From an uncultured Coriobacteriaceae bacterium (lineage in GTDB: Bacteria > Actinomycetota > Coriobacteriia > Coriobacteriales > Eggerthellaceae), in the NCBI GenBank assembly GCA_900550055.1, contig URQU01000003.1:15661-79660 (forward strand): a DNA stretch of 64,000 nt. Direction: 5' to 3'. Position numbers and translations under genes: made by a program. The notes beneath the pieces were generated by a model that did no database searches, had not been told where the DNA came from, and saw only the letters and a list, made by a program, of their open reading frames with translations. This document shows positions 19,235 to 28,159 of this stretch, in pieces (the first letter of the stretch is position 1; every line of letters starts with the position of its first letter).

Positions 19235-21652
19235 ATGGCAGAAGCGAACGCGCCCAAACTTGGGTTCACGCGCAGAAGCTTTCTCAAAGGCGTCGGCGGG
19301 GCGGCTGCGCTCAGCGCGGCTGGCGTCGCCGGTATGACATCGGCTCAGGCATGGCTGGCTCCAGCTCAGGCAGATGCTGCCCAGGTTGCGGATGAGTATA
19401 CGGCTTGCACGTTCCATCAGGCGCATTGCGGCGGCATGTGCCCCTTGAAGTGCACGGTGCGCGATGGCCGCATGGTGCTGGTGCAGCCCAACGATGCGAG
19501 CACGGACGATCGATATAAGACCATCTGCCTGAAGGGCATTTCCGAGGTACAGCATATCTATAGCGACAAGCGCGTGCAGGCGCCGCTCAAACGCGTTGGC
19601 GACCGTGGTTCCAACGAGTTCGTACAGATCGGCTGGGATGAGGCGCTCGACGAGATCTGCGCTTCGCTGAAAGACATCCAAGCCTCGCATGGCAAGGATG
19701 CCGTTATGGTCATGAGCGGTTCGGAGACGAACTCGAGCTTTTTGACCTCGGTCCTGCAAGCCCGTTCCGGCGGCTTCACCGGTATCGACGTGGGCTTTGG
19801 CAACGGCCTGGACCCGGCGATCGGGTATGGCGGGGGCTTCGCCACTTCCACGGCCGATCCCCGCGATTGGACGGAATCCCGGCTTGTGCTTACCGTGGGC
19901 AGCAACTTCTGCGAGTCCACGCTGCCGCAGGTGCGGCTGTTCTTCGAGGCCAAGGAAGCTGGCGCGAGGATGGTCACCGTCGACCCTCATTTCTCCACGA
20001 CCGCCGGCAAATCCGATGAGTGGGTGCCCATCGTCCCCGGCACGGACGCCGCGTTGTTCCTCGGTATGATCAGCGTCATCCTCGACGAGGGGCTGGCGGA
20101 CGATGATTTCATGAGCAAGCATACTTCCATGCCCTTCCTTGTGGATACGGCAACGGGCAAGTTGCTTCGCGATCATGTGGAAGACCCTTCGGCGGAGGAG
20201 CCTGAAACGGGCGCGCAGAACCCCTTCTTCGTCATCGACCCGTCCACCGGCGCACCTGCGCGTTACGGGGAGGTTGCGGCACCGGCGCTTTCCGGCATCG
20301 TCGAGGTCGATGGCGTGCAGGCGACCACGGTATACGACCTTATGCGTAAGTCGCAGTCGGCTTTCACCGTCGAGCGCGCTTCGGAGCTGACCGGCATCGC
20401 GGTGGACAAGATCGTCGAACTTGCCCGTCTGTATGCGAAGGGGCCTTCGTCGCTCGCCCTCGGTTGGGGCGGCAACGACAAGATGGGCAATGCCGACGTT
20501 GCCGGCCACGCGGCGGCCCTGCTCGTGGCGATCACCGGCAATATCGGCAAGCCCGGTGCGGGCGTGGGCGTGTACGTCGGCGGCACCTGGAGCGGCCAGA
20601 CGGCTGCGCTCGGCGCATGGGAGCTCCCTGAGGAACTCGCCCCCGCCGAGGCGAAAACCGCAGCATACGATCTGCGCCGCAATCCCGAGAACGTCCGTGC
20701 GCTCATCTGCTGCGGCGACATCGTGGCGCAGCATTTCGCCAACATGGGGGTTACCGAGCAATGGGTTCGCGGCCTTGACCTGGTGGTTTCCATGGATCCG
20801 TATTTCACGGAAGGCGCGAAGTGGTCGGACTACGTCTTGCCTCTCACCACCCGTTTCGAGAACGACTCCGACTGCGGCAACATCAAGGTAGGATACAACC
20901 AGATCGTCATGCAGCAGAAGGTGATCGATCCGTTGTTCGAGGCGAAGACCGACCTGTGGGTCGAGCGCGAGATTGCGCGACGCATGGGGATCGCCGAGGA
21001 TGTGCTGCCCAAGGATGGCGTCGAGCTGTCCAAAACCGCCCTTTCCACTGCCGAGGACCCGTATATCTCCTCGTTGACGGTCGAGAAGCTCGAGCAGGCG
21101 GGCGGCGTGTGGCCGCTTGAGAACGCGCGGGAGGTTCGTCGCGAGTACACCGATTACGAATTCGATACCGTTTCGGGTCGCATGGACGTGTATTACGATT
21201 CCTTGGCCTCCTTCGGGCAGGCGCTTCCGGTTTGGGAGCCCTGCAACGAAATCGCCGCGGACAACCCTCTTCGCGAGAAGTACCCCTTGCAATTGGCGAA
21301 TGTGCGCTCCCGTTTCCGCATTCACAACCAGTTCAACGACGCGAAGTGGATACAGCAGTATTTCGAGCCTACGGTGGAGCTGAGCCCCTCCGAGGCGCAG
21401 AAGCGCGGAATTGCGGACGGTGACATCGTCGAAGTGTTCAACGATCGAGGATCGTTCCAGGTCAGGGCGGTGTCTAACGAGTCGATCCGCCCCGGTTCGA
21501 TACGGTTGGCCGAAGGGTCCACCGCCGATTACATGGCGCGCGGCAATATGCAATCCGTTACCAATGATGCTATGAACGAACGCGGCTACGGGCTTTTGCA
21601 GGGACCGGTCATTCCGTTCTCCGACACGCTCGTCGAGGTCCGCAAGGCATAA
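19235..21652 (+). CDS. molybdopterin-dependent oxidoreductase catalytic subunit (DMSO reductase family), Tat-exported
   Basis: It has the twin-arginine signal RRSFLKGVGGAAALSAAGVAGMTSAQA and an N-terminal Cys cluster CTFHQAHCGGMCPLKC. It is 805 aa. Its 4Fe-4S and NrfD partners lie downstream. Confidence 0.9.
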   Translation: MAEANAPKLGFTRRSFLKGVGGAAALSAAGVAGMTSAQAWLAPAQADAAQVADEYTACTFHQAHCGGMCPLKCTVRDGRMVLVQPNDASTDDRYKTICLKGISEVQHIYSDKRVQAPLKRVGDRGSNEFVQIGWDEALDEICASLKDIQASHGKDAVMVMSGSETNSSFLTSVLQARSGGFTGIDVGFGNGLDPAIGYGGGFATSTADPRDWTESRLVLTVGSNFCESTLPQVRLFFEAKEAGARMVTVDPHFSTTAGKSDEWVPIVPGTDAALFLGMISVILDEGLADDDFMSKHTSMPFLVDTATGKLLRDHVEDPSAEEPETGAQNPFFVIDPSTGAPARYGEVAAPALSGIVEVDGVQATTVYDLMRKSQSAFTVERASELTGIAVDKIVELARLYAKGPSSLALGWGGNDKMGNADVAGHAAALLVAITGNIGKPGAGVGVYVGGTWSGQTAALGAWELPEELAPAEAKTAAYDLRRNPENVRALICCGDIVAQHFANMGVTEQWVRGLDLVVSMDPYFTEGAKWSDYVLPLTTRFENDSDCGNIKVGYNQIVMQQKVIDPLFEAKTDLWVEREIARRMGIAEDVLPKDGVELSKTALSTAEDPYISSLTVEKLEQAGGVWPLENAREVRREYTDYEFDTVSGRMDVYYDSLASFGQALPVWEPCNEIAADNPLREKYPLQLANVRSRFRIHNQFNDAKWIQQYFEPTVELSPSEAQKRGIADGDIVEVFNDRGSFQVRAVSNESIRPGSIRLAEGSTADYMARGNMQSVTNDAMNERGYGLLQGPVIPFSDTLVEVRKA

Positions 21653-21665
21653 GGAGGGGCAGATC

Positions 21666-22283
21666 ATGACTCGATTGGCTATAGCTATCAATCAAGGCCG
21701 TTGCGTTGGCTGCCACACCTGCGCGAACGCCTGTAAGATGCAGAACAATGTTCCGGACGGCATGCTGTGGAATCGCGTCCTCACCGAAGGCAGCGACGTC
21801 ATCGACGGGGCTCAGGGGACCTACCCGCACCTGACGCGCACATATCTGCCGATGGCGTGCCAGCATTGCGACAATGCCGCATGCCAGCGCGTGTGCCCGA
21901 CGGGCGCGACCTACAAAGACGAGAAGGGCCGCGTGGAGATCGACTACGACAAGTGCATCGGTTGCCGTATGTGCATGGCCGCCTGTCCCTACAACGCTCG
22001 CGTGTTCAACTGGTCGAAGCCTGAGCGTTCCACGGGTGCGAACTGGGGCGACGGCCGCGTGCCGGTGCGTCCGAAGGGCGTGGCCGAGAAGTGCACGCTG
22101 TGCAAGGAGCGCACCGACGACGGCGATGTGCCCATGTGCGTTGCATGTTGCCCTGCCCGTGCCCGCATTTTCGGCGACCTGGATGATCCGGATTCGGAGA
22201 TTTCGAAGGTTATCCGCGAAAACCAGGCGTATGTACTGTTGGAAGAGCAGGGTACCCAGCCCAAGGTCCATTACTTCAACTAG
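21666..22283 (+). CDS. 4Fe-4S ferredoxin-type electron-transfer subunit (DmsB/PsrB-like)
   Basis: It contains four CxxCxxCxxxCP-type clusters. Confidence 0.9.
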   Translation: MTRLAIAINQGRCVGCHTCANACKMQNNVPDGMLWNRVLTEGSDVIDGAQGTYPHLTRTYLPMACQHCDNAACQRVCPTGATYKDEKGRVEIDYDKCIGCRMCMAACPYNARVFNWSKPERSTGANWGDGRVPVRPKGVAEKCTLCKERTDDGDVPMCVACCPARARIFGDLDDPDSEISKVIRENQAYVLLEEQGTQPKVHYFN

Positions 22284-22294
22284 GAGGTTGCAAA

Positions 22295-23461
22295 ATGTCG
22301 AGTAAATTGAAGGCAACCTACGGCGTCCTCGGCGCTCTGGTTGTCGCCGGCGTCGCCGCGTGGATTTACCAGCTGGCAAACGGCTTGGGCGTCACCGGCA
22401 TGAGCAACGGCGTATCGTGGGGTCTCTACATCGCGTGCTTCATGTTCTTCGTCGGTCTGTCTGCAGGCGGTTTGATCGTGGCCAGCTCGGCAAGCGTGTT
22501 TCATATCGCCGAGTATAAGAAGGTGGCGCTTCCGGCCATCATCTGCTCCACGGTGTGCATCTGCTGTGCCGGCATGTTCGTGCTCATCGATATGGGCGGC
22601 ATCCAGCGCGTGTGGCGCATCTTGGTCGGGCCGAACCCCACAAGCCCTCTTGTGTGGGACGTGTGCGTCATCTCCTGCTACCTGATCATCAACATCGTTT
22701 ACCTGGTGTTCATGTGCTCGAAGAAGCCTGGTGCGGCGGACAAGGTCTCCATCGTTTCCCGGTTCGCACTGCCTATCGCCATTCTGGTGCATAGCGTGAC
22801 GGCATGGATTTTCGGCCTGCAGGTCTCGAAAGAGTGGTATACGGCCATCATGGCGCCGATCTTCGTGGCGTCGGCCATGGATTCCGGCCTTGCGCTTTTG
22901 CTGCTGGCGCTTATGGGGTTGAACAAGTCCGGCGTATTCAAGGTTGAGAACAAGCTGATCTCCAGCTTGGCGGGTCTGCTGGCCGTCTGTATCGCGGTTG
23001 ATGCGTTCTTCATCGGCTGCGAATGCTTGACCATGGCGTACCCGGGCGCGAAGGGCGCCGAGGCGCTGTCGGTCATGGCAGGCGGCATTACCGCGCCGTT
23101 TTTCTGGATCGAGATCATCGGCGGCCTGCTTATCCCGTTTCTGCTTATGGTGTTCGCGAAAAACCGCGCGAACATGAAGCTGGTGGGCTTGGCTTGCGTG
23201 CTGGTGGTTGCCGGCGTGTTCTGCAAGCGCATCTGGCTGCTGTTCACCTCGTTCTACGAGTTCAACATCGCCGGCGCTCCGGGCGTGATCTCGGGCTCCA
23301 GCGCGGCCCGCGGCGCTTCCGGCGTGGATGTGTTCGCCATGTTGGGCACGTACGCTCCTACGTGGGTGGAAATCGCGGTGGTTGTCGGGGTGGTCTCGCT
23401 GGGCGCGTTGGCGTTCATCGTGATGTCCCGCATGTTGCTTGCCGGTCGCAAGCAGGCATAG
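22295..23461 (+). CDS. NrfD/PsrC-type membrane anchor subunit
   Basis: It is a 388-aa polytopic protein positioned immediately after the FeS subunit. Confidence 0.85.
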   Translation: MSSKLKATYGVLGALVVAGVAAWIYQLANGLGVTGMSNGVSWGLYIACFMFFVGLSAGGLIVASSASVFHIAEYKKVALPAIICSTVCICCAGMFVLIDMGGIQRVWRILVGPNPTSPLVWDVCVISCYLIINIVYLVFMCSKKPGAADKVSIVSRFALPIAILVHSVTAWIFGLQVSKEWYTAIMAPIFVASAMDSGLALLLLALMGLNKSGVFKVENKLISSLAGLLAVCIAVDAFFIGCECLTMAYPGAKGAEALSVMAGGITAPFFWIEIIGGLLIPFLLMVFAKNRANMKLVGLACVLVVAGVFCKRIWLLFTSFYEFNIAGAPGVISGSSAARGASGVDVFAMLGTYAPTWVEIAVVVGVVSLGALAFIVMSRMLLAGRKQA

Positions 23462-23475
23462 GGAAAGGCGAGCGA

Positions 23476-24108
23476 ATGGACTACGGGCAGTTGGCGGATG
23501 CGTTGGCGTTTTGCGGAAACTCCCTGCTGGCGCCGATGACCCAGCGCACAGGGGTCGGCCTCGATCCCGGGTTTTGGGAGTCGTTCCCCTTGTTCGGCGA
23601 TCAAGGCGTTGCGGACGCCGTGCAGGATTGCGCGGTTTGGGCAGCCGAGTTCGAACGGCGCTGTCAAGCTGACGGACAGAGTGCCGTAGAGCGTTGCGCC
23701 ATCGAGTACACGCGGCTGTTCGTGGGGCCGCCGCGTCCGGCAGCTGCACCGTGGGAGACCGCACATCGCGCGGTGGCGGACGGCGCTGATTCTACTGTGG
23801 GCTTCGGCCAGGCAACCTTCGAGATGCGCGAGCTTCTGCGTAACGCCGGTTTGCAGCTATGCAACGGGAATCGGCAGTACGAAGACCATATGGGGATAGA
23901 GCTGCTGCTTCTGTCCGAGCTTTGCCGCCGCGCGGCCGCGAGCGATGGGCTTGCCGCTGCGGAAGCCTCCGAGTTCGCGGCCGATCATCCCGCTGCTTGG
24001 GTGGAAGGGCTGCGTTCTGCGGCGGCGGAGGCGGTGCCCGATGGTTATTACGCCGGCTTGTTAGGCGTGGCCGCCGCATTGCTGAACGTGGTCGTTCGCG
24101 AGGGCTAG
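23476..24108 (+). CDS. TorD/DmsD-family redox-enzyme maturation chaperone
   Basis: The start is placed at MDYGQLADAL (ATG 23476). It carries the EYTRLFVGP motif characteristic of TorD-like chaperones. Confidence 0.7.
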   Translation: MDYGQLADALAFCGNSLLAPMTQRTGVGLDPGFWESFPLFGDQGVADAVQDCAVWAAEFERRCQADGQSAVERCAIEYTRLFVGPPRPAAAPWETAHRAVADGADSTVGFGQATFEMRELLRNAGLQLCNGNRQYEDHMGIELLLLSELCRRAAASDGLAAAEASEFAADHPAAWVEGLRSAAAEAVPDGYYAGLLGVAAALLNVVVREG

Positions 24109-24351
24109 GCAGAGGTTCGCTTTGCGAGCCCGATAGATGGTGATAAGCGGAGCAGGTGCGCCGATAGGGACGCCTGCTCCGCTTGCTGTTTCGGTGCGAT
24201 GGTCTGCTCTGGCCTGGGATTGCGTTGGCTGCCCCAGGCTTCGCATGGGGGTCTTGCGGCGATTGGCGCTGCGGGAAGCCCGTGCGCGCGGCGGCTGGTA
24301 CAATAGCGCAATCGATCTACGTTATCTTGCAGAACCGAAAGGCCCCATCAC

Positions 24352-25110
24352 ATGGCTGATTACATCGAAGGCAAGCGCCCCGTCATCGAGGCGTTCCGTA
24401 CCGGCGTGCCCATGCGCCGTATCCTTATGGGCGACTACATGAAGCGCGATCCCATGATCGAGGACATCATGCGCAAGGCCAAGCGCAACGGCGTGAAGGT
24501 CATCCAGGTGCCTCGCGACGAGCTTGACCAGAAGTCCGCCCGCGGCAGCCACCAGGGCGTCATGGCCGAGGCCGCGCCGTTCAACTACGTGGGCATCGGC
24601 CAGGTGGTCGACGCCGCCAACAGCTACGCCGAAGAGCATGACGGCCGCGCGCTCGTGGTCCTGTGCGACCACCTCACCGACGCGGGCAACCTGGGCGCCA
24701 TCAGCCGCTCCTGCGAGGCCGTGGGCGCATCGGGCCTGATCATCCCCAACAAGCGCAGCGCACGCGTCGAGGCTTCCACGTACAAAAGCTCCGCGGGCGC
24801 CATCACGCACGTGCCCGTGGCGCAGGTTTCCAACATCGTGCAGAGCATCCACCGCTTGCAGGAGGAGGGCTTCTGGGTGTGCGCCGCAACCGAGCACACC
24901 GACGACCTGGTGTGGAATGCGAACCTGAAGGGCAAGATCGCCATCGTCTTGGGCAACGAGCACGACGGCGTGTCCCGCCTGGTTCTCGAGCATTGCGACA
25001 TGTACGCAAAGCTTCCGCTGGAAGGCGAAGTGGCCAGCCTGAACGTGGCCCAGGCCGCTACCGCCGTCATGTACGAGTGGCTGCGCCAGAATTGGGTTTC
25101 GCTGGCCTAA
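24352..25110 (+). CDS. rlmB: 23S rRNA 2'-O-methyltransferase, SpoU/TrmH family (RlmB-like)
   Basis: An N-terminal substrate-binding domain and a C-terminal SPOUT motif (LVLGNEHDGVSRLVLEHCD) are present. Confidence 0.8.
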   Translation: MADYIEGKRPVIEAFRTGVPMRRILMGDYMKRDPMIEDIMRKAKRNGVKVIQVPRDELDQKSARGSHQGVMAEAAPFNYVGIGQVVDAANSYAEEHDGRALVVLCDHLTDAGNLGAISRSCEAVGASGLIIPNKRSARVEASTYKSSAGAITHVPVAQVSNIVQSIHRLQEEGFWVCAATEHTDDLVWNANLKGKIAIVLGNEHDGVSRLVLEHCDMYAKLPLEGEVASLNVAQAATAVMYEWLRQNWVSLA

Positions 25111-25178
25111 CGGCCAGCGAGCCTGCTCGATGTTGCGGGGCGCTTTCGCACCCCGCCTTACGGCAGCTGCGCCCGGGT

Positions 25179-25397
25179 GTGAACAGGGGGCGGAGGTATG
25201 TTCACGGGTGTGTTTGGGAATTGCGGGTCTTCGTCGTGAACATGCCTCCGTCCCCTGTTCACGATGAAGATGGCGCGCAAGCGCCTATATTGACTTGGCG
25301 AATCCGTGATAACTTTGGCGGACTCGTGTCAATCGATATGCGGGCCTGCTCGTGAACACGCTTCCGTTCGCTGACCAGGGAACGGAAGCGTTCGATC
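25179..25397. repeat. cluster of GTGAACA-type hairpin / inverted repeats at the chromosome / mobile-element junction
   Basis: 25179-25205 (gtgaacagggggcggaggtatgttcac) and 25236-25262 (gtgaacatgcctccgtcccctgttcac) are near reverse complements of each other, and each is internally hairpin-forming. A third unit at 25352-25397 has the stem cgcttccgttc/gaacggaagcg. Confidence 0.4.
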
Positions 25398-25528
25398 GTC
25401 CCGCTGGTTTCGACAGACCTGCGGTGATTAATCACCGCATCGCATGAAAGGAGGGATGCGCGATGGCAAAGCAGCGTAAGAGTTTCCTGCTGTTCGATGG
25501 CTGCAATTATCGCTCCCTCCTATTTACA

Positions 25529-25554
25529 AACCCCCTGTTCAGGGGGCTTTTTCA
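25529..25554 (+). terminator. rho-independent terminator-like hairpin
   Basis: The stem ccccctg-ttc-aggggg is followed by a ctttttc tract. Confidence 0.45.
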
Positions 25555-25795
25555 TTTCTAGGGTGTGGAAACCTCCCGGCACCATGGCTCAAGATTCGAC
25601 CCAAAGCCGACTATTCCCATGGGCGATTGCCGAAAATGCCCCCAATCGAGTTGTGTTTTTCTCTCCATATGGACCGTTTATGGAGAAAAGCGCCTTCGTT
25701 TGCCGTTAATCGCGCAACCCGCGCGTTGAAACTCCCCCTCAGTGGGCATAAAGACCCCCAGGCCGCCGCTGCCGGCGGCTTACCCTCCGAGACGG

Positions 25796-26158
25796 ATGGT
25801 TTGGAAAGGAAGGAGCCGGGGTTTGGAAACGGTCAACAGGGTCGTGGTATCGGGGCTCGTGTTCGGGCCCGTGGAGTTCACGGAGCCGGACAGGGGGCCC
25901 GCGCATGCGCGCTTCTGCCTGTCCCAGGAGAAGCCGGCGGGCTCGCGCCGCGTGGAGCATAGGTTCCACTGCGTCGCGTTCGGCCCGGTGGCGATGGCTG
26001 TGGCAGCTTCCCTTGCACCTGGCGTCGCCGTGGTGCTCGAGGGGGAGCTTGCCGAGGCGAGGGCGGCGTCCTTTCTCGACGGCCGGCCGCGCAGGGCCGA
26101 GACCGGCGGGAAGAGCGAGATCAAGGTATCGACTTTCCTCAAGGTCGACGCGCGCTGA
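25796..26158 (+). CDS. SSB-like OB-fold protein (divergent); the real start may be the TTG at 25823
   Basis: (M)ETVNRVVVSGLVFGPVEF ... HRFHCVAFG ... KVSTFLKVD resembles the SSB N-terminal OB fold. It lacks the acidic C-terminal tail. Confidence 0.4.
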   Translation: MVWKGRSRGLETVNRVVVSGLVFGPVEFTEPDRGPAHARFCLSQEKPAGSRRVEHRFHCVAFGPVAMAVAASLAPGVAVVLEGELAEARAASFLDGRPRRAETGGKSEIKVSTFLKVDAR

Positions 26159-26221
26159 TTCCGGTACGGGCCCCATGGCCCGTGCCTTTTTCATCCCGCA
26201 CATCTGCATAAATACGCATGC

Positions 26222-26250
26222 ACGCATATGCGCATATGCGCATATGCGTA
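26222..26250. repeat. tandem (CATATGCG)x3 alternating purine-pyrimidine repeat
   Basis: The sequence acgcatatgcgcatatgcgcatatgcg holds three NdeI-type palindromes immediately upstream of a promoter-motif copy. Confidence 0.6.
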
Positions 26251-26279
26251 ACCGCACATTTCCGTTTTTACGTGTTTGC

Positions 26280-26312
26280 GCGTTTACGCATCTGCACATC
26301 TGGGTAGATACA
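26280..26312 (+). promoter_or_regulatory. element promoter-motif copy 1 (TTTACG, 16 nt, TAGATA)
   Basis: The sequence is gcgTTTACGcatctgcacatctgggTAGATAc, with the -35-like hexamer at 26283-26288 and the -10-like hexamer at 26305-26310. It lies about 50 nt upstream of the 26364 gene. Confidence 0.55.
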
Positions 26313-26363
26313 GCACAGGATGCGGGCGCGAGCCCGCGATGGATGACCATGGAGGGATGGCAT

Positions 26364-26732
26364 ATGGGAAGGAAAGAGTCCGCCGGGAATCAGGCCGGCA
26401 CGGCGAGGATGACGGTCGGCGATAGGTTCTGGGCGCGGCGCATCCGTCCGATCTTCGACGACGGCGACCTCACGCTCGAGCAGAAGTCGGTCTTCTGCTG
26501 CATCGTGGCGCGCGACCCCATGTCGGTGGCGATCGAGTGCCCGGCGCGCGACATCGCGGCGGCCGAGGCCGGCCTGCCGCGCCGCGACTACGACGAGGCC
26601 CTGGACGCGCTCGAGCGCGGCGGCTACATCGTCGACATCGTGACGCCCTACGGCGAGGATCGGGACGGGGAACTCTGCATGGTCCCGATCCCCGCCGATA
26701 TCGTGAAGGAGGGGGTGCAGTGCCGTGGGTAG
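26364..26732 (+). CDS. hypothetical protein, first gene of the replication module
   Basis: A GGAGGG RBS sits 7 nt upstream of the ATG at 26364. The 123-aa protein overlaps the start of the rep-like gene. Confidence 0.45.
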   Translation: MGRKESAGNQAGTARMTVGDRFWARRIRPIFDDGDLTLEQKSVFCCIVARDPMSVAIECPARDIAAAEAGLPRRDYDEALDALERGGYIVDIVTPYGEDRDGELCMVPIPADIVKEGVQCRG

Positions 26733-28137
26733 CGCCAAGAGACACGACGCATCGGTGCAGTCCGCCGACCCCACCCGCGACGAGCTCGACGAGACCTTCG
26801 AGATCCTGGACCGCGACGGCGCGGTCGTCGTCTTCGGCGGCGACCTCATGGAGCGCGGCTTCGGCATCGTCTCGGCCAAGGCGACCGAGGACACCCGCCT
26901 GTCGTCGTCGGCCAAGGGCGTATACGCCTACTTCTGCGCCCATGCCGGCGCGGGCACCCATTCGCTGTTCCCGTCCGTGGACACGATCTGCACCCACCTC
27001 GCGATGTCGCGCAACACCTACTACCGCCACCGCCGCACCCTGGTCGAGTGCGGCTACATCAGCGTGCACCAGGGTCGCGCTCAGGGCCGCGGGCGCTATC
27101 TCTCGAACCGCTACGTCGTCAATGCCGAGATCCCCGAGGAGCGCCGTTTCGTGCCTGTCGATAACTCGAAATCGGCCGATGCCGCCGCTGTTGAAAACTC
27201 GCTTGGGGAAGACGCCGAAAACGAAGTTATCAACAACCCGCAGGATTCGCCGTGTACCAAAAATTGGTACACGGGCGACCAAACTAACGTTAGTTTGCAA
27301 CTAGATTCACCGTGTACCAATTTTTGGTACACGGGCCCAACTGGGAAAACGATTTCACCGTGTACCAATTTTTGCGACACTAACAAGGATGTTGTTATTG
27401 ATGTTAGTGAGAGAGGGCGCGCGGGCGCGCTGCCGTCTGTCGAAAACTCGGCGGTGTCGAAGGCCGCGGGCGACTCGGTCACGGTCGTGAAGGTCGCGTC
27501 GGAGGCCGGCCTTGGGCTCGAGACGGAGGTCTCGGTCTCCAACGCCGAGGTGCTTGCCCTCATGCGCATGTCCATCGGCAAGGCGGAGGTCTTCGCCGAC
27601 GTCGCCGAGGCTTATGCCCGTGTGCTGGCGGACGGCTGGACGCTTCCGCGCATCGGCCGCGCCTACGACACATACCGCCGCGAGTACGCGGCATCGCACA
27701 CCGACGGCCGCTACATCATGTCGCTGCCCAAGTTCCTCGCCGCCGGAAACGGCCTGAGGTTCTACGACCTGAGGGCCGATCTTGTCGATTCCGGCGCCGT
27801 GGCCGCGGCCGAGGAGAAGGCCGCCCCGTCGAAGGCGCCGACCCGCGAGCAGGTCCGAAATTACGTGCACGAGAAGGGCTATGACGCCCCCGACCCGGAC
27901 AATCCCGCCTACCGCGTGATCGACCCCGATGAGTTCTTCGACTACTACGAGGCGACCGGCTGGGTCCGGGCGGGCGGCGTGCCGATCGTCCGATGGAAGA
28001 ACGTCGTGAACACCTGGCGCCGCAAGCCCGCGCCGCGCTCCGCCCGTAAGTTCGGCCCGTCCGGGCCGAAGAGGGCCATGAGCGTCGCCGAGCGCGTGGC
28101 CGCCGATAGCGACTTCAGCGAATTCAACGACGACTAG
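26725..28137 (+). CDS. replication-initiator-like protein with an N-terminal helix-turn-helix
   Basis: KGVYAYFCAHAGAGTHSLFPSVDTICTHLAMSRNTYYRHRRTLVECGYI is an HTH of the type found in plasmid/phage replisome organisers. The gene contains palindromic iterons and is followed by a DnaC-like loader. Confidence 0.6.
   Translation: MGSAKRHDASVQSADPTRDELDETFEILDRDGAVVVFGGDLMERGFGIVSAKATEDTRLSSSAKGVYAYFCAHAGAGTHSLFPSVDTICTHLAMSRNTYYRHRRTLVECGYISVHQGRAQGRGRYLSNRYVVNAEIPEERRFVPVDNSKSADAAAVENSLGEDAENEVINNPQDSPCTKNWYTGDQTNVSLQLDSPCTNFWYTGPTGKTISPCTNFCDTNKDVVIDVSERGRAGALPSVENSAVSKAAGDSVTVVKVASEAGLGLETEVSVSNAEVLALMRMSIGKAEVFADVAEAYARVLADGWTLPRIGRAYDTYRREYAASHTDGRYIMSLPKFLAAGNGLRFYDLRADLVDSGAVAAAEEKAAPSKAPTREQVRNYVHEKGYDAPDPDNPAYRVIDPDEFFDYYEATGWVRAGGVPIVRWKNVVNTWRRKPAPRSARKFGPSGPKRAMSVAERVAADSDFSEFNDD
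27249..27410. repeat. iteron-like array inside the rep gene: three 30-bp units built on the palindrome GTGTACCAA-N5-TTGGTACAC, an extra palindrome aaactaac/gttagttt, and a flanking AT-rich stretch
   Basis: Units lie at 27251-27273 (perfect), 27311-27333 (perfect) and 27357-27381 (right half-site degenerate). Each is preceded by gattc(a/g)cc. The palindrome aaactaacgttagttt is at 27281-27296. An AT-rich stretch taacaaggatgttgttattgatgttagtgag follows. Confidence 0.6.
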
Positions 28138-28159
28138 CTCAGACGGAGGGAGAACCGAG

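Noticed and set aside
19058-21691. 877-aa minus-strand ORF
   Set aside because: It is antisense to the clearly homologous Tat molybdoenzyme subunit. The Arg/Gly/Pro-rich low-complexity translation is typical of GC-rich antisense frames.
25464-25562. 32-aa ORF with a strong AAAGGAGGG RBS (MAKQRKSFLLFDGCNYRSLLFTNPLFRGLFHF)
   Set aside because: Its 3' end is the terminator hairpin itself and there is no conservation evidence. It could be a leader peptide but is unsupported.
27249-27380. Possible CRISPR array
   Set aside because: There are only three units. They are palindromic, unevenly spaced and lie inside a coding sequence. No cas genes are present, so they are interpreted as iterons.
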